From Oikopleura dioica (taxonomy: Eukaryota; Animalia; Chordata), in contig OU015569.1 in NCBI GenBank assembly GCA_907165135.1, forward strand, positions 1,364,001 to 1,428,000: a stretch of DNA of 64,000 nucleotides. The letters run 5' to 3'. Shown piece after piece: positions 51,001-62,873 of the stretch (position 1 is the stretch's first letter; the number at the start of each line of letters is the position of its first letter). The position numbers were made by a program, and so were the translations under genes. A model generated the notes under the pieces. It saw nothing but the letters and a program-made list of their open reading frames with translations. It had not been told where the DNA came from and made no database searches.

Positions 51001-53658
51001 CTGTGGATTCACGGGTAGGTTCCTAAATACACAAGCATCAATTGTGCGTAAAATGGGCTTTCATAGGTGCTGAGCCACGTGCCAAGAAATGTTGTCCCGC
51101 GATCGGAAAATTCAGGCACACAATTGAATATAATTGCTCAGTAAAACATTGGAGCATTGTACGTTCGGAGGGGTGCCCCTTCCATTGTTATCCTGAGGCG
51201 AGAGCCCCATTGTGCGCGATAATTGAGCTCGGCGGCTAATGCCGCCCCAATTTCTACGTGGCACCTGATAATTGCAAAATCGAAAGTTTTTACGAACAAC
51301 TACCCACTTGGCACACTTTCCAAACAATCCACAAAATCAACGATTAGCTAAACGCACAATTTCAAGCCTCAGAGCTTTTCTACACTCATGATTCAGTACT
51401 GCCAAACGCCTCTATTTTAAGAATAAGGCGATACAAGTTAGGCTGAAAAATATTATTCTAATTCTTCGGCTAAAAATATTTCCAGTCTTAAAAAGTTATA
51501 AATCGGTTCTGGCTGATCGGTAGATGGCTGTCAGGTGTGTGGTTAGAGACGATTCATCCGTCGAAAATGGTTTTTATATAAAACTATTAACTCAAACAGC
51601 GCTTTTCTCAAGCTCGCTTTTACAGCTCTAGCAAGCCGACAGCAGATTCAAAGTCGCTCAGCCACATCAGCCCGGCGATTTTCGCGGATTTTCGCTAGAG
51701 CGTAATAACGCACTACCAAACAGCTAAAATATTTACCAGCTTTACAGACTGGGTCGATTATAAGATCACCTCGGAAAGAAATTTTTCAAAAAATGATCGA
51801 GCAAAAATCGGTTTTCAGATTCACCCGACTAATCCTCGGTTTCTGATGATAAACCATGTCTGTAGATAGCGAATTCGAGCCGTAAGGAGAGCCGCATTGA
51901 TAGAAAAAGTGAGCTGGTTAGTGGATGAATTTTTCATTTTCGGGAATTAAGGAGCCTCCAAGAAATATCAAATTAGCAGCCGCAGCTCAAGTGCGAATTA
52001 TTAATTCTAGCTAAATAGATTAACGCCAAAACGCCAATTTAATCGATTCGCCAAAGTACCCTCTCGAGCCTGGCGAAAATTAATTTCACTTCAGAATGAT
52101 TCTATCTTTCTATTTAAAAATTCGCACACTGGGTAATTACTGTTCGTGCTTACTGTGAGATTGGGCTACGGGCTCTGTGGGAGAGGGTCCAAGGGTTCAT
52201 GAAAATTGGGCAGCTTAGGGCTGGGAGATATAAATTAAACATAATCGTCTAAGCAGGGGGCAGGCTCACCCTGCGGCGCGTGCTCCCACCGACTAAGCTA
52301 CTATAAGCTCTTCTCCTGCTAAACCGGGTGATTTCTAATTATTTCTATCTGTATGAAATTTGTATTTAGCGGCTGGGACATTAAGCCATAAATAAATTAA
52401 TACCGAAAGTGAGCTAGTCTGCCCTCAGGCACGTGCGCAAAGCTCTTCTGCAGGACTTTCTCTGTTCTGTGTATTTTGGAAGCGGCGCGAGAGAAGATAA
52501 GGGTGGACCCCCTTCTGAGCCCGCTCTGAAAAAAAAACACGCGCTATTCGGGATGATCTGGCTCCGGCGATGGCTTTCTTGGATCTGATCGAAATGAATT
52601 CTGCTTCTTTTAGAGCAGAGCCCGTTCACAATAAGATCTTTCATGAAAAGGTATTGTCCCCCTCTCTGTCAATGCCGCTTTTTTCATCATAGATCTATAA
52701 GTGCTCTCCGATACACCCGCCATCCGACCACTGCCATCTCTAACAATCCAACTCCAACAACAAAGCACTAAATTGGGCATTATTAGAGTTCACTTGCCGA
52801 GAATTAAACTCTGTCTAGACAGCACCTTTCCTTGTCTTTTGCTGTTTGTCCATTTTTTATCTGTTTTCATCCTGTAGAAACTTCTCTATTCAACTTTCCA
52901 TAAATATAAACTTCTATAAATATTGAAGAATGTAATTGAACATAAAGTAATTTCAAAGCTAACCAAACAAAAAGAAAGAAAAAAAGTTTATCAAGAAAAA
53001 TATTTCCCAGTAAAAGAATGAGAAGACTCTCACAAGTCCTAATGATTCTAAGAAATATAATTTGTAGATCAGAAGACGGATTAAAATGAGCTTTGAAAGT
53101 ACGATAACAAAATATTTTGGACTCTATACGTCAATTTAAGGGGGAGGTCCTCCTTAAGGATATTTATAGAATGTAAGATTATTACTATTATAACGCTGCT
53201 ATTTTCAATGTATAAGATTCTTCATTGAGAAAAACTTATTTCTTTGAAAGGAAATGATAAATAGAGACTTGTGTTTTAATGACTAAGTAATGATTTTAGA
53301 TTGGAGCTATAAAGTTTGCTGGATGGAGAGATATTGGCTGTTCGAGTTGGCCTGGTGCGTGGCGGGGTGGTTTGGGTGGCGAGAGTCGAGAAGAAACCAG
53401 AAGATGGCGCTGCGCTGCGAGGCGCTGCGGGGCGCTGGTGCATTGCCCGCGTCGTAGCGCATTGAGGGCCATCGTCTCCAAACTACTGGGCATTCATAGT
53501 CTCAGCCTTTTGAATAGAGCACCCCTACGAGAAGAGCTCTAATAGAGCAGAGAAGAAAGGAAACCAATAAAGAATAGAATCCGCTTTTTGAGCTGACTTT
53601 TGACTGGCAGAGAAGCCATTGACCTTCGAAGACAATCAGAACTATAGAATCATCAGCG

Positions 53659-55462
53659 ATGCAGTTCGAGCACATGGAATCGCACGCAATCAATCAAATG
53701 GCTAATCCGATGGTGGCGATGAGCCAGTCGAGCCCGATCCCCTCTTCGCAGCCCGGCCTCGCAGTCGCCCACGTGATGAGCCCATCTTGTAATCAGGTAA
53801 GAATCTACCAGTTCGAAAATAAACGCAATCTTGATGGATAAGTCGGGGTAACCATGGGGATCAGTATATTCGCACCGCAGCGGGAATACATACTAAACGC
53901 GTACTTTCAGGCCCTGCCGAGACAAGACAACCGACAACAAGGTGGCGGCAAAGCCGATCGAATCAAACGACCAATGAACGCATTTATGGTGAGTCCAGCT
54001 TTCTTTATCTTGAAAATTCAAAAATATAACTTTTAAAAATTTCAAATTTTAAAATAATTTTAAAGGTCTGGTCAAGAGGTCAACGACGAAAAATGGCCCA
54101 AGAAAATCCAAAAATGCACAACTCCGAAATCTCCAAGCGTCTTGGCGCCGAATGGAAGCTTTTGACTGATCAGGAGAAGAAGCCATACATTGACGAGGTA
54201 AACTAGTCCTTGTTGTTGTCAAAGACTAAATCGTTACTTAGGCCAAACGTCTCCGAGCCCAGCACATGAAAGATCATCCTGACTACAAGTACCGACCACG
54301 ACGAAAGACTGTAAGTATCGAAAGTTTTTTCATAGGATAATTAACAAGTTTCAACTTTGACAATTTCGAACAAATTTCTAAATTTGATAACATAAACGAG
54401 ATCTTATGCATAATTATTCAAAAGAATTCATATTCTTTTTTAGCCCCAAAAACCTGGTCAGGGCAAGCCCGAACATTTCCGACCTGGTCAACATCTTCCC
54501 GGTCAGCTTCCCGGTCGCAATCAGCAAGGAATTATGTCCAACTACCAAGTCACCGATTCGATGGGCTCTTCTTACTACCCTGGGTAAGTGAATAAGTCAC
54601 ATTCATATGTTAGCTAAAATCGAGATCTGTCCTGGAGGAAGCTTACGCTTCAAAACATATTTAAAGTCGCTCGTAAAGCTCGTGACTTTCTTTGCGCAGG
54701 CTAAATATTCTTTTCATATTTTTATTATTTGCTAATTTTCTTTCGGCCTTAACTTGCTGCTTCAGATATCCCGTCCAAGTTCCCGGCTCATACCCAATGT
54801 ACACTGAAGGCTCGTACCCAGTTTACGGAAACACATCCTGGGGACAGCCCGGATCGCCCGGCGCCAACCCTCAAGACGCGCCAGTTCAATTCCCGAAGGA
54901 CCCGTCAGGCTCGCCGCTGGCGTACCCGCCGCAGAACGTCTCCCCTAGTGGACAGTCCCAAAGCGCTGCGCACCAGATCCAAGGCGCGTACCACATCTAC
55001 GGCTACCCAACAGTCGTACAAAGTCACGACGGACACTCGCTTGTCAAATCCGAATTGGAAGAAAACGGCGACGTGCAGGCTCACTACGTTCAGACTCATC
55101 CAGAAGCCGTCCACCAAGGCTACATGGTCCAGACCGCTCCGCTCTACTACGACACGCTGCCAGTTTCTTCCTCAGCCGAGGGCGAGATCTCTCTCAACCT
55201 CGCTCACCAGACAACTCCACAGAACGTCGACCAGTACGCTGAACAAGTCCCACACGGCTCTTCCGTCGGCTCCGTCAGTCCCGAACACGTCAGCGGTCAC
55301 CAGGTCAACCAGGCGAGCCCGAAAGTGGTCACTAGCATCCCCTACAGCATGAACCCCGAAGACCCCGCTGCTGCCAGTGGCAGTCCCGACGCCGGCTTCC
55401 ACAACCAGTCCAGCTCCTCGGAATACGCCTCCGCTACTTCCGAGTGCGTCCAGAACATCTAA
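53659..55462 (+). CDS. SoxB: SoxB-group HMG-box transcription factor
   Basis: [44 protein letters not shown]...[26 protein letters not shown] assembled across introns 53989-54065, 54198-54241 and 54311-54443. Gln/Pro/Tyr/Ser-rich C-terminus. Confidence 0.93.
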
Positions 55463-56878
55463 GTAATACAGTCAGATCTCATCAACTCTCTCTAAGTACA
55501 CGCTCGAGACTCGACCCTTATTATTTTATCGACTGTAAATACTCAATCTTTTGCAACGCGTTATAAAAAGAACCTTCTATCAAAATAATCAGAACTTTAG
55601 TTCACATTCTTTCTTCTCCCCTAGTTTTAATAATTTATCCTGATGTCACCATGTAAATCATATAAGCAAGGGGAGAGTTTCAGCCTTTTGCACATGTACA
55701 GTAGCCGAACGGACTTCCTATCACGTGATCGATTTTATCGAGTCATAAATAACTGGTATGACTTTGTACAGACAACCCACAGTATTCATCCTTAACCACG
55801 TGACTACTGAATTTACTGTAATTTATGTTCTTATATCTTCTCTATTATGAAAATAAAACTCTCAAAAAAAAAATCTCTTCCTTGTTATCAACCGATGCTC
55901 CATGTGTAGCTTACAGTATCAAATAATATCGTATTCAACGTTGGCGCTAATTATTCGCGAAATTCTTGAATATTTCACAAGGAGAATTTTCGTAATTTGG
56001 CAATTACGACGGATGCTTTCTAACATCAATAATTCAGCCGCGCGGCGGAGTTCGCTCTAACCTACATTTTTGATGGATTTTTCCGCTCTATCCCTTTTCA
56101 ATTCAAAATTTAGTATCCCCGGCGTCGAGTCAATGTACCCAATTTTATAAGAAATAAATAGTGTACTCCACTCCACGGCTCATCAAACTAAACTGGATGG
56201 CGATTAGGGGCGTAATGTCGATTTCTTCTGGCGATGCGGTCAACCTCAAGTGACATAAGTTAATTTTGCTCGCCCCTGAGTTGTCGCGATTTTATGATGT
56301 CGCTCTTGAGTTGAATATTCCAGAATCGGGTCAAATTCTTCTTTGATTTTAAACCTAGTTGTACTTGAGCTAACATTTTGAAAACAGCAAAAAGTTAATC
56401 GAGTCTCATTTTTTGTGAAGAGAAAGAAAGAAGAAAAATGCAGTTATAATAGAGAAGAGGAAGTGAAAGAATGAAAAAGATTATTTTTGGGTTACTTGGG
56501 ATTTCAACCGCTCAATTGCAGTATTCAGGTAACAGAACAGTAATGATATATATGCTCTCTGCGTTCTGCAAAATTAAGCTCGTTTCCAGTTATAAAGTTT
56601 AAAATCGTGCACCAACGCTTCTTTCATCCTAGTTCAGATAGTATAACGTAAGCACAAGTGCGAAAAATACTTAGCTCTTCCAAAGTTAGACAAAAACGTC
56701 ATCATCTTCACTTTTTCCCGCCAGATAATCTACGTTATATCACCAGTATAGTCAAACTTTCGCTTTTTAAATGGAAATAATGCAGTGCTCTAATATAAAT
56801 AATATAATTTCAATATTTTTGAATTGACAACTCATGTTGATTGTTTTTATTAGAAGATAAGTAAGATAGAAAGGTTGC

Positions 56879-57096
56879 AATTAGAATTGGTACAGTACCA
56901 ATTCATCTATAATATAGCTAGAATTGATATGATACCAAACCTTTTCTCGGTTAGGGATTAGGGTTAGGGGGCTGGGAGTACCTACTGGGGGGTGGTGTCC
57001 CGGGGAGCGAAGCCCCTGGGTAGGGCTTTAGGGTTAGAGGTATCATACCAATTCTAGCCAAATTATATAAGAGTTGGTCCTGTACCAATTCTAATT
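56879..57096. mobile_element. 218-bp foldback/MITE with ~58-bp TIRs and a TTAGGG-containing G-rich core
   Basis: AATTAGAATTGGTACAGTACCAATT...GCTAGAATTGATATGATACC is inverted at 57039-57096. The core has TTAGGG at 56951, 56958, 56964 and 57028 and a GGGGAGCGAAGCCCC hairpin. Confidence 0.8.
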
Positions 57097-57720
57097 CTAG
57101 TTGCATACTTCTGTCTGATTATAAACAAAATTGAATGCAAGAGAAGAACCTCAATTGTAGTATTTTCTTTGGGAACAGGAAAGGAGTAGTAGTACTTCCG
57201 TAGTGCCTTCGATTTTTGATTTTTTTATTCTATCTGTGCTTGTATGAAATCGGGGATTTGAATCCCACTTTTCTATTTTTGCGAATAAACAAAGATAATT
57301 ATAATAGTGAATTAAATAGTAGGTGGTGTTAGGTTATCCTGTAATAATTGGGCAAATATATCTTCAGCGAATGTTTTTTTTTTGTATTTTGTAATAAGAA
57401 ATTCTATGCTGATTATTCTGGGTGATTAATATTATGATGATTGGGAGGATAACACGTTCACTTGAATAATGAAGCGCTCGAAATCTGGTGGGCAGAAGTT
57501 GTCGCAAAACGGACGACAAGCCGACAGTCCAAACTTACTCCTCAATAGTCCAATATGCAAATTTACCCATTTTCCAACGTCGCCATTTCTCCGGACTGTC
57601 ATACTTACCAGCACTCTCAACGAACTTTCATATTCATATTATAAGCGAATTTTATAATCGACCGTAATCAAAGATCAATTTTCCTGAAATGACCTAAAAA
57701 AAACTTTAAATGCATTTCAG

Positions 57721-59903
57721 CCTGGGGAGAATGGACTGAATGGGGACCTTGCTCGATTTCTTCAGACTACGGGAGTCGGATTCGCCATCGTTCCTGTAAC
57801 TCAGGCGCGTATTCAAGCTGCGCTGGGGAAGATTACCAAGTTGAAGAGTGTACAGAGAAGCCTGTTAATTGTATAGTTCCATCTTTGCCTTTGAACTCTT
57901 CGTTTGTAAATTGTACATCCACTGCTCCGGGCAGTACATGTGAGATTGCTTGTCACTCGGGCTTTCTTCCATCGGGGGAGACGCGGCTCACATGTACTGA
58001 TTATGGCTGGAGCGCGGAATTTGGAAGTTGCGTGCCTATTCCATCCGCGAGATGCCCTGCTCTAGAAACGCCCGAAAACGGGAAAATCATTTGCTCTGAT
58101 TCCTCTTTGTCTTCGAGCGAGTGTTTGCTCTACTGCGATCCAGGATTTCAACCCAGCGGCGAGAGCTCGACAATTTGCGACGAAAACGGCCAGTGGAATG
58201 CCGAACTAGGAAAATGTCTCAAAGCAAAGTGTACTTTCGAGCAGAAGGAATACTATGCAGGGGTAAGTATTTTAACTGATAATTGTAGACAAGAATGCAC
58301 TTGCACCGATGATGGCCTGTGGAGATGCAAACATCACTATTGCAAGAGTCACAATGAGCAGTGCATCTTAGGAAACGGAATAAATAAAACAAAGCTTATT
58401 TCTATCAAAATCAGGGTTTCAAATATTGGTTTATTTTTGCTGAGCTGAGCTGAGCTGCCCTTCTTCAGAGGTCATTGAGCTGAGCTGAGCTAAGCAGACC
58501 CTAATTAGAGCTGAGCTGAGCTGGGTGAGCTGAACTGAGCTGTTTTTTACTGTATTTTTAGTAGTAAAATTGTGTTCAAATCATTGAGCTGAGCTGAGCT
58601 GACTGATACTTGTCTGAGCTGAGCTGAGCAGAACTGATCATGTTCGAAAATCACTGAGCTGAGAGACTGCTCAGCTCACTCAGCCAGCTCAGCTCACTTA
58701 GCTCAACAAATTTGCAACACTGATCAAAATGTAAATATTATATTTATGATCCGAAAAAAAGACATAGAAAGTACAAATTACAAGTGCCAGGAACGCGTCG
58801 ATTGCTACGGTCCCAGAAGCTGGAGTAGCTGGATAAACAGTAATACTCCAACGAATGGAAATGAACGCGAGAGTGCCCAAAAGGCTCGAAACTTTCACCC
58901 AGAAGCGGCTGTCTGCAAACAACCGGATGCCATAGGAAAGTGAGACATCTTTGCTTAATTTTTAAATAAGGAGGATGCTTGGAATCTCATTTCAAGAGGC
59001 GAGAAGGGTGAGAGATCAAAAATCTGTAGAATCTCTTCTTCAAGATGGGTGGCGCATTTTCGTGGGCGACGACAAAGTTGTTTGTAGAAAACGAGATCAG
59101 GAAAAGGCTTCAACTAATAAATTTACGCAAATTATTAAAAAAAAATTATTTTTAATTCCAAACTTTTGAAAACCTGAAAAGATTTCTGAAAAAGAAGACT
59201 GCGAAGACATGGAGATCAGATTCTGCTGCGAAGAAAAGAATGCTACTCCAGAATGTCCAGATCATATAGGAGAGTTTTTTCTTCACAGTTGTTATTTTTT
59301 TATTCTAAGCAAATATAAAAACAGAAAAAAAGGCACCTGGACAAAGTGGGCAAATGCTGATAGAAACCCGAATGATGGTGGGGACTTCGAGCTTCTCTCT
59401 CGACATCGTGCTCTGGATCCGGAAGGGGTTTGCGAAGTTCCTCACTCGATTGATTTTCGCCAAGTCAACGAAACACTTGACTGGGAAGTTAAATACAACC
59501 AGAAGATCACTACCGACCCGCAAATGGGACTCGTCTGTTATGACCAAGGTAAGAATATCGACAAAAAAGTATGATAATCGAATGTTCAGCAAATTCCAAC
59601 TCTGGCGGATGCGGAGATTACGAAGTTCGATTCTGCTGTTCCGCCCCATTGGACTTGAGCTGTCTGCGGCAACGGCCGCCGTGGAATGGGAATCGTCCCG
59701 ATCCTACGTGGTTGCCGCCTGACAGGTGCTGCGGCAATCGTCCCTACAATTCCAATCTAAAGGTATCAAAAGCAGAATTTTTAATTTGACGTCGCAATTA
59801 TCACTGATATAATCCAAAAACCGGACTTACCCGTTCTTAGACTTGCTGCGAGGGAGAGCGCCTCGTCCAGCTAGAAGAAGACTGTACAGAAAATTCCTAC
59901 TGA
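57721..59903 (+). CDS. Extracellular mosaic protein: TSP1, two sushi/CCP, VWC/TIL-like, two mucin WxxW domains, CCG-xPY tail (5' end unresolved)
   Basis: WGEWTEWGPCS (TSP1), C..C..G..P.G....C...G.W (sushi x2), WSSWINSNTP and WTKWANADRNP...DYEVRFCC (WxxW), RCCGNRPYNS, ends CTENSY*. Confidence 0.8.
58412..58722. mobile_element. hAT-type (TGAGC)n MITE, copy 2 in opposite orientation, intronic
   Basis: TIR CAGGGTTTCAAATATTG / CAAATTTGCAACACTG, perfect 8-bp TSD ATCAAAAT, 311 bp. Shares CCCTAATTAGAGCTGAGC and CAGAGGTCATTGAGC blocks with 47719-48030. Confidence 0.9.
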
Positions 59904-60461
59904 ATTTCGCGCTAAACAACTTGTACATACGAAAAGAAACAATCTTGCCAGATATAGATTGCAGACCCTGGTAGAACAGTTGCTACAGAATCCTTTGCAA
60001 ATAAACACCTTCAAATTTCCATCAAGTCTGTTTCTTAATAATTTAATTTAATATTTATTTAATTAAATTAATAATTATTCAAATTATTCAATATTGTTTA
60101 ATATTATTAATTTTATTTAATTATTTATTAAAATTATTAAAATTATTTTTTCATATTTATTCGTTCAATTAATTATTTACTTACGAGAAAAAGTTTGTTT
60201 CCTTGTTATATTATAAAGCTTATATAATAATGCTATGTCGATGATTTTAAGCCGGCCATGCTGGAAACATATGTATCATGATAATCAATTATGCGCATGC
60301 TTTCGTTGAGTCGGTTTTAGACGATGCAATTGCAGAGAAATCTAGTTCTTGTGGTCGCGCTGAGAAAAGAGGCTAACTGAACGAAGACACCAATGCAACG
60401 ATTTATTTTATTTTTTCGCAAACAATCAATCAGCCCAGCGGATCGTAGTCTATCAACGGAA

Positions 60462-62588
60462 TCACTCAAATACTTGTGTTTTCAATGCTAGAACTCTCTC
60501 TAATGATTCCGTTTCTTTGGGGCAATTTTTGGGGCCACACTCTTCAGCTTCGAACGCTTCTTTGAGGCAAAAGGCGAGCTCGCAATCGAGTGTTTGCCCG
60601 TAAATGTCGACACTTTGGTCGAATGAAAAGCTTCGATAGCTACGAAAAGAGTGATTCGCTTTCCCTTCCAGGCTGAAATTTACCTAAAACGAGCCATCTT
60701 TCGCGTCACGATCTTGTCTCCTGGATGTTGTTTGTGGAAACGCGTCTCAGTCAGAATACTGCCACAGCCGTCAGAGATGATCGGGTAGCTGTGGCCCGAC
60801 CTTGAATCTTTTATAGTGCACTTATGAAAGCTCTAAAGCAAAATCCCTGTCGACTATCGAACTGCTTTTTCTCTCAATAAGTTAGAGCTTCTTCCTTGTC
60901 AACATAAAATAAAACCGTAAAATCCTGGTGAAAGTCCATCCAGTCAACCTTGAAATAAACCCGCTGACCGACAAAGTAATCTTTAGGATCCACTTCTTGG
61001 CCAAAGTATCTGTCAGTAAAAGACAGTCTTGCAGTTTTGTCCCAGTTTGACGAATCGATGAGAAAAGAGTCGAAATTCTTGGATGTTAGCTTGAATCCAT
61101 TCTTAGTGCTTATTGTTTTGATCCCTTCAGACTCAATTTTGTAGTTGCATCTCATCGAGACCTGGCCAGAAAATGCATCTGAGGTGTAGATGTTTATTTT
61201 GTCTTCTGGGATGTAGTATTTGTCGCCTTCTGCTGCGTCGAATTTTGTATTGAAGGAGAAAACAAGGTTGAACTCGATGAAATCCTCGTCTTCTTCCATG
61301 TTCTTTCAAGAGAATCAATAGTCTTTAACTTAAAAGCTGCAAATCAATCCGATCAATTCCATTCCTGAACAGCAATCATGTTACAGGTACCAATCGGGTA
61401 CTTGAATTTGACCATTTCCGTCTTGGCATCCCACTTTAATCCCTTGACGCAATCGCTGTACCCTTCAAAATCCGCTTTTCTGTTGAAATACGGCTTTTGC
61501 TTGTGACCTCTTCCCGCACGAAACTCCTCCAATAATTGACGATCGTTGAATGCTTTCACGGCGACTAGAATCAAGAACTACTGAGCAATCAAAATGGAAA
61601 TTGCCTACTGGCGCCTTCTATTTCGGTCTCGGTGCAAGTGAGCGCGTAGCAGCCAGATTCTCTGGCAGGCTGACAGTAATGAAGCTTTGACTCATCGTCG
61701 ATGAAGTCGTCGGCCAACTCCCAACAGCCTTGAAGATCCTTTTCCACGTCAAAGATTGAATCTCTGTTGAAGTCATTTCCGCGACAATGAGTGAGGTTGG
61801 CGATCGTCGCAAAGCCCGAGTCGTACAAGTTACTACTCCGCCGAACATAGTCTCGCTGGCCAATATCAAGAGTCTGCTTCAAGTAGCAGTAGCCGGCCAA
61901 AGGTTGCTGCTTCTTTAGTGTCCAGGCGCCGCACTCGGGCACTCTTTCTGAGCAAAGCACCGCGCACTGCTCGGCTGTATCGACGAAGAACTGACTGGCG
62001 CCATTCCGCAGAGCAGAGCCAGAAATGAACACATCATTGGCGATTCCGTAAATTACTCCTCCGTACTCGACGATTTCAGGCTCGTCAGACGGATTCGTCG
62101 TCGCAGTTGCCATCCAGCCGTCTGCTAGAATCACTGTTTTTTCGAAAGAACCTTCAAAAACCGTCGGGTTTTCAGATGCTTTTGGATTTTTAGCTCCGTC
62201 CCAAAACGACATCGCAGCAATTTTAGAATGGAAATCATCTTGATCCCTAATGATTTTGATCTCTTCCAAATCGTCGCAGAGCTTAGAGCTCGAACAATCT
62301 AAGAAAACGTCATTTTCTGTACGAGCTTTATCGAGTAAGAAATACCTATCCAAATTATATTCACTTCTTCGTCTTCTCTAAATTTGAGCATCATTCCTTT
62401 CCACGCTTTCCTCGCTTGGTCACAACTCTCATCACACTGACTGGCATCAAGGAAGAGAGCAATGGTGACATAGCCAGTTCCGTGAATGACATTTTCGAAC
62501 GTCTCTTCAGTCTGGTAAAATATCTGAGTTCCAAATTCACTCGTTACAGAATGCCATAAAAAGCTAGAATAAAGAAAAATTTTCGCAT
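60462..62588 (-). CDS. Secreted protein: thioredoxin-like N-terminus, PAN/apple domain, ZP module, no TM; apparent 1-nt frameshift in the signal peptide
   Basis: AEQCAVLCSERVPECGAWT...CYLK (PAN), VYFKVDW...FYVD, YPIISDGC...ARFSYRSFSF...LDCELAFC (ZP-C). Stop at 60462. Confidence 0.75.
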
Positions 62589-62873
62589 ATTGAGCCACTA
62601 GTTTCGCCACTAGTTGCCGCCTGAATGTCCTCTCCTCGCGGCAACAAGTAGCGGAGAGATTTAAATCTCCGAGTCATTTAAATGTCTGACTTCACCTTGA
62701 AATAACTACGTTATTCTCCAATAATGTCACTTATTTCAAAAATTGACCTAATTAAAGTCTATAATTTATAGACGTAGACACAATTTTCTGAGTTAGAACT
62801 GCCTTTACTTTGTAAATTTGCTTTTCCTGCAAAAAATGGAGTCGTAAGAAGAAAGATTTTTAAATAATAGAAA

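Noticed and set aside
53136-53157. TTAA-flanked mini-palindrome (TTAAGGGGGAGGTCCTCCTTAA)
   Set aside because: Too short to distinguish a transposon footprint from chance.
60030-60185. Extremely AT-rich low-complexity tract
   Set aside because: No regular repeat unit; consistent with intergenic sequence between convergent genes.
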